Shown here: piece by piece, positions 56,003-64,000 of the stretch
Numbering within the stretch: position 1 is the first letter of the stretch
Layout: the number at the start of each line of letters is the position of its first letter
NCBI GenBank assembly: GCA_946965045.2
Contig: OX337229.1
Span: 3,844,001 to 3,908,000 of the forward strand
Reading direction: 5' to 3'
DNA: 64,000 nt
From: Epithemia pelagica
Taxonomy: Eukaryota; Protista; Bacillariophyta
Made by a program: the position numbers and the translations under genes
Notes under the pieces: generated by a model
Databases searched by the model: none
Told to the model about the DNA's origin: nothing
The model's input: the letters and a program-made list of their open reading frames with translations, nothing else

Positions 56003-56177
56003 CACTAGTAGTTGTCTCCAACGCTACTCCTCGAATAGATACTTCGGTCTCAATCAAACTCGTTTATATATATTATCAAACATATAGCCACTCATCTATT
56101 ATACGACCAGCCTTTGAAGTAATCACGCAGTAACCCCTATATCCCAAACGACAAATATTTCTTTGATGACCCGAAAC

Positions 56178-59081
56178 CTATGCTTTCACCAATGGTGAGT
56201 TTCTAACTGATTTCCCTATCCCCAGCCTCTCTTTCTCTTGCGACACAGATCCTTCGACCCCTGGTTTGGGAGAGGCAGGACTATTTGTTGCAGTTTTTGG
56301 AATCGGTTTTTTCCCACTGACAACCCTTTTCGCTCCAGCAACAACTTTTGCAAGTGGCATTGTTATTCCTTTGGTCTGCTTCGGAGCCAGATCCTTTTTC
56401 GAAGTGTCCCCATTCGCTGTTGGCTCTATTGGTTTGCCACTGATGCGAGCGGGTTGTTGTGGATAGGCTGAAGCTTTCGTGCCATTCGTAGTATTCATCC
56501 CTGCCGCTCCTGATCTCACTTGCTTATTTGTGTGCGGCATTGAAGCTTTGGGTGATTTCGTATGAAGAGCAGATGTTCCTGACCCAGAATGGGTAGCCTG
56601 TGGTTTTGCTGCCACGGGTGCTTGTTTCGTAACAACCTTTTTGCCGTTCACTCCCGCGACGCCGTTGTTTGGACTATGTGTGATGGGAGTAGTATGCTTC
56701 GTTGGAACGGTCTTTGTAGCCGGTCTCGCTGCTCCGGCCGCAATTTTTGTACCATGTCCATCTGTCGGTTCTTTTGGAGCTATCCCGAACACGGTCGGTC
56801 TCGAGGGACCGCCCGGTGCCGCAGTATTTGTCACATTTCTTCTTTGTGTGCCGTCGACGGGTGACGGCGATGATCCAACCGGAGCGGTTCTTTTGACTTG
56901 TGGAGAAGAACTGGAATTAACGGCCCCCGTCAATGACTGCCTCCTCACCACTCTGGAGGGACTGCCGACATGTCTCTCATGGTGCTGGGGTGGAGCACCT
57001 CCCGCCAAAGATTGTCGACGCATTTTTCTGGTTGGACTTCCAGACGCGGCTCCTAGTGATTTTGGTGTTTCGAGGATGGGGCCCGATGGAAGTTGTGCAA
57101 TATTCAATGCTCTGTTGGATGCTTTCGGTGTCGCGACGTCTTCTATGCCGACCATATTTTTTGGATCTAGTGAAGGACTCATTGGGATCCCTGTTCCCCC
57201 AAGCTTTCTTCGTGGTGTCTTTGGTGTAGCTGCAACGGATCCCTGGTTCGTAACCGCCCCCCTTGAATGGACAGCTGCGCTTTGCTGAGCAACGCTCGAG
57301 TCAACACGCTTTTTCTTCATGGTTTTAGGAGTCATGGGCGGTACCTCCACGTTTCCAACGGATGCTGGCAACTTTGCCTTTCGCCTTGGAGAGGATACTT
57401 TCACTGGTTTTGTGATTTTGCTCATTTCACTGGAAAGTGCAGGCGGTGTCAAGGTTCGGGCCAGTTTGGGTTTGGGCGACATGGGAGATTTTGGTGGATG
57501 AGGATTGACTGCCGGCGAACGTCCAGCCTTGACCATTTCCGTAGAGCCCGTCGAATGTCCGGATCTGGGTGGCGGAGTGGCGGCCGAGGAGACTGTCTGG
57601 TTTCCCTGATTCGGCGATGAAATGTTGAGGGCCGGCGAGGCTGTCTGTTTCACCGGTTTGTGTGTCCCATTATTCGACGAGGTGGGCCGTTGTTCCTTGC
57701 TTACGGGTTTGCTGACCTTCTTGACAGAGGCAGCTTTTGAGGCTCGAGACGGTGCAGCTGAAAGACGAGAAAGATTGGTGGCCTTGGAACTAGCCTTGCT
57801 CGCAGTTTCGTCGAAGTCGCCACTCCGAGACGATTGTTCAGTTTGCTGGTTGCTCGATGCTCTAGACAAGTCATCCTCGCAAGGTGGCTTAGAGTCATTG
57901 GATCCTTTTTTAGTTGTCTTCTTTTCATCCTTGGTATTGCCGCTGTCTTCAGGATCAACTTTGGATGAATCGGTTTCTGCCGTTTCCGGTTCTGATGATT
58001 CTTTCTCGACTTTTTCATCCTTGACATCGTTGATTTCCGCTGCTTGTTCTGGTTCATCCAGTGTATCTGTTTTTTCAGTGCTACCACCCACGTTGAGAAT
58101 GGTATCCTCTTCCGGGGGAACCAACAGCCTTGGTGTCTTTTCGGTAAAGGCAGAAATATCGGACAAGCTACTGGAACTCGTGTCGTCGCAAGTGGTCACA
58201 TACCCCTTGCGGCCCGAAGAGGGAGAAAGAGCGTAGAGATGCTCACCAATCCCCTCACAGTCTTTTTCGGGTCGAGGTGACATGGATGGTGCAGTATAGT
58301 TGGTGGGGAGCTTGTCACGACTTTTGCAACTAGTTTGGTTCACCTGTGCCAGAGATCCTCGATGATAACGATTCGCCAGGGGAGAGTGGGAACTATGAGG
58401 TTGATGTGCCAGTGAATTGGGGGTAGAAGGACTATTGGTTGCCGTTGTAGCACTGACACCATGTATTATGGCATGAATGGTACGAGTGGGTGTCGCACGA
58501 TCGGGTTTGGGGCTGGCGCTGCCAAACACATTTTGTCGATTTTGAAAGTGATCCTTCCGTTTTTTCTCGAGCAAGGCCTTTTTCCACCCCGGTACACTGG
58601 CATCAGCTTCCATGGTAGCCTTTTGTTCAATGCGCTTTTTGTCCAAGAGTTTCTTTTTCCACAAAGGTACACCATGGTCATCAAACAAAGGTGCTTTCAT
58701 GGTTTCCGTTTCGGTGGTTCCACCCGTGATTGCCGCCGACCTTGCCTCATGGACACGTTGACGTGCCACAGCCAGAGGATCCTGTACGGTCGAATTGGAG
58801 GTGGCTTGTTCTTCGAGAGTGGGGTACATGCCTCCACCAATCGAAGACCGACGCTTTCGGGGGACAGTGCTACTAAAGTTGGCCCGAAAAAAGAGACCAT
58901 CGGGAGTCGGTGCACCAATCGACGACCGGCGACGCGAGTTGGGTGTGGAATGATCTGAAGAACCAAAGGATGCATCGAATCTGCCAGTTTCACTTGCCGC
59001 ATCGCCGCGCATGGGATGGTCTTCGTAGCCCATGTCGTTGTCGTGCATGTGACTCTCATGGTCGCTGCCGCTGGGTGCCAT
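56178..59081 (-). CDS. Large intrinsically disordered S/T/P/K-rich hypothetical protein (~967 aa)
   Basis: Long open frame (track start is TTG; first ATG at 59081); no folded domain recognised. Confidence 0.7.
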   Translation of the reverse strand: MAPSGSDHESHMHDNDMGYEDHPMRGDAASETGRFDASFGSSDHSTPNSRRRSSIGAPTPDGLFFRANFSSTVPRKRRSSIGGGMYPTLEEQATSNSTVQDPLAVARQRVHEARSAAITGGTTETETMKAPLFDDHGVPLWKKKLLDKKRIEQKATMEADASVPGWKKALLEKKRKDHFQNRQNVFGSASPKPDRATPTRTIHAIIHGVSATTATNSPSTPNSLAHQPHSSHSPLANRYHRGSLAQVNQTSCKSRDKLPTNYTAPSMSPRPEKDCEGIGEHLYALSPSSGRKGYVTTCDDTSSSSLSDISAFTEKTPRLLVPPEEDTILNVGGSTEKTDTLDEPEQAAEINDVKDEKVEKESSEPETAETDSSKVDPEDSGNTKDEKKTTKKGSNDSKPPCEDDLSRASSNQQTEQSSRSGDFDETASKASSKATNLSRLSAAPSRASKAASVKKVSKPVSKEQRPTSSNNGTHKPVKQTASPALNISSPNQGNQTVSSAATPPPRSGHSTGSTEMVKAGRSPAVNPHPPKSPMSPKPKLARTLTPPALSSEMSKITKPVKVSSPRRKAKLPASVGNVEVPPMTPKTMKKKRVDSSVAQQSAAVHSRGAVTNQGSVAATPKTPRRKLGGTGIPMSPSLDPKNMVGIEDVATPKASNRALNIAQLPSGPILETPKSLGAASGSPTRKMRRQSLAGGAPPQHHERHVGSPSRVVRRQSLTGAVNSSSSPQVKRTAPVGSSPSPVDGTQRRNVTNTAAPGGPSRPTVFGIAPKEPTDGHGTKIAAGAARPATKTVPTKHTTPITHSPNNGVAGVNGKKVVTKQAPVAAKPQATHSGSGTSALHTKSPKASMPHTNKQVRSGAAGMNTTNGTKASAYPQQPARISGKPIEPTANGDTSKKDLAPKQTKGITMPLAKVVAGAKRVVSGKKPIPKTATNSPASPKPGVEGSVSQEKERLGIGKSVRNSPLVKA

Positions 59082-59891
59082 GGTAGTTGGATCGCTCGTA
59101 TCGTTGATTGAAGGAGGACGAGGATGGAGCAGTTGCTGTTCCAAGTGGAATGGTAATACCCCTTGCTCACTGAGAGAGGCAAGAGAATAGATTGGATCCT
59201 CCGCGAAGCGATGAGTTGATTTCAGTCGAACACTGCGTACTGGATCAAAAAAAAATCAAAAGCTTGGCGCGAATTTCGCAGTCAAGTCTCACAGTAAACT
59301 CCAAAACGCTGGGCCTTCCCCTTTCACTCTTTCTTTTGTATGGAAACAAATCCCCAACCTGCACGGTGACGAAATCTGGAACAGGGCTTTTATGTACTTT
59401 GCATCTTCACATACTCGTACGAGTATTATTAATTAGTTCGACCAAGACTGCGCGCCTGGCTGTTAAGGTACTGGTTTGTCCCGACCATTCCCCCGGAGCG
59501 GGGCTTTTGCGTCACATCACGAAGTTTGAGTCTTGTCAATTTGTTGGGAAAATCCCAACGCACAACGACCCGGTCCCGGGGATCGTCGTCCGTCTGTCGG
59601 TCCGCCTTGACCCGTGACTCATCCATAATCGCGAACAAGCGTGCCTGCCAACTTTAGCTACGATGGTCGGTCGGCATTTTTGTGGAGCCTACCTACCTCT
59701 AGCTAGCTACGACTCCTAAAGTGGATGCGCTTCGTCCATGGACGGTCGGGAATTCTGACGATTTTGGTATTTGGCACAACCCAAAGACGCTCTCTGCATT
59801 CAGTGTATCTGTAGAATCTCTATTCCCAAAGCTTAGCTTCATGATTGCACCAACCGCAGCATTGCCAAGACAGATACGTAATGAGTCCAGA

Positions 59892-61766
59892 ATGGCAGTA
59901 CTTGGGTACCTGTGGATATTCCTATTGATACTTGGATGCAGACCAAGTTGCCTTGCCAATGCCATGTCTCCTCGTCGTGAGGAGTCATCCCTTGGACCGT
60001 CCAAAAGCTTGTCAACCCAACAGGATAGAAAACAACCTTCGTTTCTACGTGCCACCCAAGGAATGGAGCATGAGGACCAATCAAGCGCATTTCGTATGAA
60101 AAGTCATTGGTTATTGTCTTGGTCGACGGATGGAGCCAAGGAAAAGAAGGATACGATTGCAGGCAACCACAACAACAATGACAGAGAGGAGAAGTACCAT
60201 TTGGGTACGACAGCTGAAACATGGAGAGACATGCTCCCGAAATGGATAAGTACATTGCAAGATTACCCGCAAGGTGAACGAAATCAACCACCACAGTATG
60301 GACACGCCTTGTTTCGGAGAGTTGTTCGTGGATCACGGTCCTTGGGAGATGTGGAACTCGTGGACACAACCGAAGCCTCCATGTCATCTTCCTTTGTGGA
60401 GGAAACGGCTTCTACGAGTGTGGCTGTGGAAGAACCCGAGCCCTACAGTCCTGTTCAGACTTGGACGTCTCCCTTGTCAACGACGACGACAACAACAACA
60501 ACAACATCGAATGAATTTGGCATAACGGAATCACCCGCTTTAGAAAATGGCGAATTCTCGTCTCCAATGGAAGGGACACCCTCCGAACCAGTCGAGCAAC
60601 AACACGAAACACCACCCGAAGCGGCGGTTGGCTCGGCTCTTTTGGACTCTGAGCAACAACCGTTGGAACAATTTGGAGGCCAGGATGGTGCCGACAAAGA
60701 TGCAGATTGGGGCGACGAAGATTGGGATGACGATGAAGAAGAACCAAACCAAATTGACGGCAATGATGATACCTGGGATGATGACGAGGACGATGATGAA
60801 TGGAACGACGACGAGCCAGCCGAGCAGCTAGAAGGAGGACAAACGGATGACGTGGTGGTTATGTATGCTCCAGACGAGGTGGAGTCTCCTGGAGTTCAGC
60901 CAGAGTTTGACAGTCAAGGAAATGTACCGACCAAACAAGAGGAAACAGTGGTGAATCCTGAAATTCAAATGGGCACAACACCAGCGACTCCTACAACTAC
61001 CATTTCCGGTACGACGGAATATGGAAATCCACCGCCCAGCATCACCCCACCTGTACCCGAGTCTCCTGCCATGGCACCATATGGCCCGTCGGAATATGGA
61101 AATTCACCGCCCAGCATCACCCCACCTGTACCCGAGTCTCCTGCCATGGCACCATACGGCCCGTCTGGATATGTGCCTCCGATCGAGATGAGTCCACCCA
61201 CCCCGAGGCCCACAAGTGCACCAACAGAAGGTCTCACTCTCCCTCCCACCCCTGGGCCAACTCCCCAACCAACTCCTAGACCCACAACGACACCCACTCC
61301 CAGACCTGTTGAGGAAAAATCTGTCTACAAGGCGAACGACGATGAGACGGACGACAAAACCCAACAAAATGATGATTTATGGAACGACGATAAAACAAAT
61401 GTGGGCAAAGACAACGACGACTCGACGGACGATGAATATGCAGCTGAAGTAGAAGAAGCTGTTGAAAAAGAGCTCCAAGAAGAAGAACGGAAAGTCAAGG
61501 TGTTGAGTGCGTCGGGTGTCTTGCTGGGAATAATGGCCATGATTTTCACGGCATATCAAATGTCGGAGAATCCCGATGGCATTTATGCCGCGGCATGCCG
61601 ATTTTGCATCACCGTGCTTGTGTGTTTGTTTCGTATTATTCTGAGTCCCTGCAAAGGCTTGTTTGGCTATGCCAACAATCGTCATTTGTCTCACTATGGA
61701 CATGTCCCTGTCTCCACCATGGACTATGGGTACCGAGACCCTTCTGTGGAACTCCAGTTGCAGTAA
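59892..61766 (+). CDS. Mucin-like type I membrane protein (acidic, P/T-rich ectodomain)
   Basis: Signal peptide MAVLGYLWIFLLILGCRPSCLA; T-run, D/E tracts and PTP repeats; TM followed by MIFTAYQMSENPDGIYAAACR. Confidence 0.78.
   Translation: MAVLGYLWIFLLILGCRPSCLANAMSPRREESSLGPSKSLSTQQDRKQPSFLRATQGMEHEDQSSAFRMKSHWLLSWSTDGAKEKKDTIAGNHNNNDREEKYHLGTTAETWRDMLPKWISTLQDYPQGERNQPPQYGHALFRRVVRGSRSLGDVELVDTTEASMSSSFVEETASTSVAVEEPEPYSPVQTWTSPLSTTTTTTTTTSNEFGITESPALENGEFSSPMEGTPSEPVEQQHETPPEAAVGSALLDSEQQPLEQFGGQDGADKDADWGDEDWDDDEEEPNQIDGNDDTWDDDEDDDEWNDDEPAEQLEGGQTDDVVVMYAPDEVESPGVQPEFDSQGNVPTKQEETVVNPEIQMGTTPATPTTTISGTTEYGNPPPSITPPVPESPAMAPYGPSEYGNSPPSITPPVPESPAMAPYGPSGYVPPIEMSPPTPRPTSAPTEGLTLPPTPGPTPQPTPRPTTTPTPRPVEEKSVYKANDDETDDKTQQNDDLWNDDKTNVGKDNDDSTDDEYAAEVEEAVEKELQEEERKVKVLSASGVLLGIMAMIFTAYQMSENPDGIYAAACRFCITVLVCLFRIILSPCKGLFGYANNRHLSHYGHVPVSTMDYGYRDPSVELQLQ
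61017..61166 (+). repeat. In-frame 75-bp tandem repeat x2 (EYGNPPPSITPPVPESPAMAPYGPS)
   Basis: GAATATGGAAAT at 61017 and 61092; near-identical at the DNA level. Confidence 0.9.
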
Positions 61767-62428
61767 TGGCACTACGTTGTGATGGGAAATTTTAAAAATA
61801 GAGATCGAGGAAGAAGACTCACTTGGAAATATACTTCCTAGATACTCCACGGACTCCTAAAGGAAAAAGCCGAAAATAGGGCAACGGTGATTGGGCAAAT
61901 ACGGTAGTCCAAAATTTCTGTCAACACTTTTTCAGGTTTTGGTACGGTGGGAGCAATTCCAACAACCATTGTAGCTAGATAGATTTTAGCCATGATTTGC
62001 AATACATTTCGACGGATACTTCGGAAAACAATTTACTTTTTTCCTTTGAGTTCACTTTATGCATGAAATATGCCGTTTTGTCAATGCATTAACATTGTTG
62101 AGCAACAACCTTGTCACTATGTTACAGACAGCGAAGCTGTCAAACATGATGGTGATGTGGTCCGTCTATTCCGTACTGATCGTGAATCAAGGTTTGTTCC
62201 CAATGCATAGGGATAGGATAGGGGATACATAGGGCCTTCTTCACGTTTGGGGGTTGGGGGGATGATGGACAGGCGCGGAGACAGACAGTTCACGGTCGTG
62301 GATCTGGATCTGAATATCCAGCGCTTCGAATTTATAGCTTTATTAAAATAATGATTGTTTTGAAAGCATACTATCGCTTAGATTTCGCCGGGATGCCTTT
62401 GTTGTGCCCCCAATTCTATTCTCACTCA

Positions 62429-62718
62429 GGGCTGGTCTTATCAATCGCAAATTTCCAAAAAATGCGATTGTCGTTGTAGCTTATCTTACTACCAGGCGGA
62501 GAGTGCGTCATGGGTTTTCGTGACTGGGCTTCTTGAGTGTAATCCTATTGAGCCCTGGTGAGGAAAGGCTCTCTCATTCACGAATGCGTAAGACTCTCCC
62601 TCCGCTGGAGGGGTGTAGGTCCGCTTCATCGCATCGGGCCCGGTACACATACATAGGATGGAGTACATCGTCAGCGTCTTACTGCGATGAAAAATAAATG
62701 GACTGATAAGACCAGCCC
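62429..62718. mobile_element. PIF/Harbinger (Tourist)-like MITE, 290 bp
   Basis: Perfect 15-bp TIR GGGCTGGTCTTATCA (62429-62443) / TGATAAGACCAGCCC (62704-62718), with TCA on both flanks (3-bp TSD). Confidence 0.75.
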
Positions 62719-63652
62719 TCATTGGCCATCATGTAGACAGAAAGTCGCTGTACAACTTCCTTTTCTATCCAATGTAGTGGGACATGAGACCAACATGACA
62801 TATATAAATATTGCCCTCATATTGGTTTTTGGTAGGGATTAGAAGGATGGAAGGATGTGCGTATGGATTATATAGGCCTGTACTCGTGCCATAATAGCGA
62901 CCAGCTATCCGAACTGGAAAATTGTCCAAAACTATTCTCAAAAGCCTGGGAACGTTGAACAATGACTCCTGAGGCATAGCAATGAGAACAACTCTGGTGT
63001 TTAACCCCGATCTCAATGACTTTCATATTGCTCCTATTGGTCCACTATCCAGTACTAGTACAAACTAGAATACGAGTATGCACATGTTAGCTTCCCGCAT
63101 AGCTTGTCCAGGGTACTAATCAGATCTGGGATAGTCGACATGCAAAGACCTCTCTAGCTAGATCTAGCTAGGAGTACCTATCAACGCTCTCTTTAGCTCT
63201 ACTCTCTACTAGAGAGTAGAGAGTGGACTCCAAAGAGTTTCAAGTCGGCCGCTCTTCTTTCAATTTTTATTGTGAACTGATTAGAAACAGTTAGCTCTTC
63301 TCAGATTTAGCCTGTATGATTCAGAAGTCTACCTACCTACCTACCTATTAGGTAGTTAGCTAGTAGTATTGTCTCTTGAATGGCCTACAGTCTCTGTAGT
63401 TTCAATATTGTATTGGGTAGTCGTCATACTTTGATTTTTGGTTGCTCGTATCGATGTTCTCCATGATCACAATGCTGAAAACAATAGCCCCGGTGATGAA
63501 AGTCATTCCAAAGGCTGGTCGTGAGATGTTTGAGCGGCAAGGGTCAAGGTTTTACTACTACACAATTTGATTCCATTTTCTTACGAGGAGAAAGCGGAAA
63601 CAGACCTGTACCAATTACCACAACACAGCTCCAAACGCAACATCGAGCAACC

Positions 63653-64000
63653 ATGCCACCAAGAACTCTTTCCGAACGGTCCCCAGTGAGCGTTATGAGA
63701 TGGGATGATTCATCAACAATAAGCAGTGTGGAGGTGAAGCCACAGAATAGTAGAGGCATGAATCCCCTGTCGAAATCTGTAAAGTTCACAGAAGAAAACG
63801 ATATATTTGAGATTCCTCACCTCGATGACATCCCTGACAGCGTTGTTGAATCAATATGGTACTCATCAAGGGAATATAGCGAGATCAAAGCTGCATACCA
63901 GCTAACAATATTCATGATGGAATCGGGTGAAAAGATAACAGGCAACGAACACACAACGCGGGGACTTGAGTACAGAACGCAAGAGGGGGCATGGGCACGG
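63653..64000 (+). CDS. 5' part of a diatom-type hypothetical family protein (runs off window)
   Basis: Open to the window end: MPPRTLSERS...KSVKFTEENDIFEIPHLDD...SIWYSSREYSEIK...MME...TRGLEYRT. Confidence 0.7.
   Translation, partial: MPPRTLSERSPVSVMRWDDSSTISSVEVKPQNSRGMNPLSKSVKFTEENDIFEIPHLDDIPDSVVESIWYSSREYSEIKAAYQLTIFMMESGEKITGNEHTTRGLEYRTQEGAWAR

Noticed and set aside
56194-56248. Intron-like GTGAGT...ACAG signal on the plus strand
   Set aside because: Shorter than the other introns, and splicing yields no long ORF; it lies antisense to the 967-aa gene.
62765-63016. 83-aa minus-strand ORF next to the Harbinger MITE
   Set aside because: No transposase or other motif; possibly a decayed TE remnant but not identifiable.
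1-64000. tRNA, rRNA, snRNA or telomeric repeats
   Set aside because: GTTCGA-type hits (for example ~4115 and ~11709) lack cloverleaf context; none recognised by eye. A covariance-model scan would be needed to exclude them.

Overview
Eukaryotic, gene-dense genomic DNA, most plausibly from a diatom. The basis is short GT-AG introns (mostly 75-145 bp), many bipartite plastid-targeting N-termini, a silicanin-like protein and diatom-type hypothetical families; the species cannot be determined without a search. About 35 protein genes or gene models are supported, including IF1-like, GT34, MCEE, FadE-type ACAD, Tic22, PABPN1, thioredoxin, a CHCH protein, MOCS2B, NUDT1-like, a cis-prenyltransferase, a YacP/NYN nuclease, FRA10AC1, ALB3, SHQ1, FKBP, MPP-beta, a SAM methyltransferase, TANGO6/Rtp1, an EEP nuclease, an A20 zinc finger, DHRS12, PanC and a PNUTS-like protein. 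Non-genic structure includes a two-block tandem array of related 188/190-bp monomers (1346-2870), a 734-bp long-TIR element with a TSD sitting on the GT34 start codon, a truncated mariner, a 290-bp Harbinger-like MITE and short tandem duplications. The most unusual object is a ~2-kb cassette (15144-17194) encoding a headerless Crinkler/RHS-type NTPase plus restriction-endonuclease-fold protein. It is bounded by 30-bp direct repeats and carries a 69-bp copy of the neighbouring Nudix gene, which suggests a possible mobile unit. No rRNA, tRNA or CRISPR array was recognised. All family assignments come from motif recognition by eye; no database searches were run. The ORF track uses TTG/GTG starts and ignores introns, so I re-derived starts and splice sites manually.
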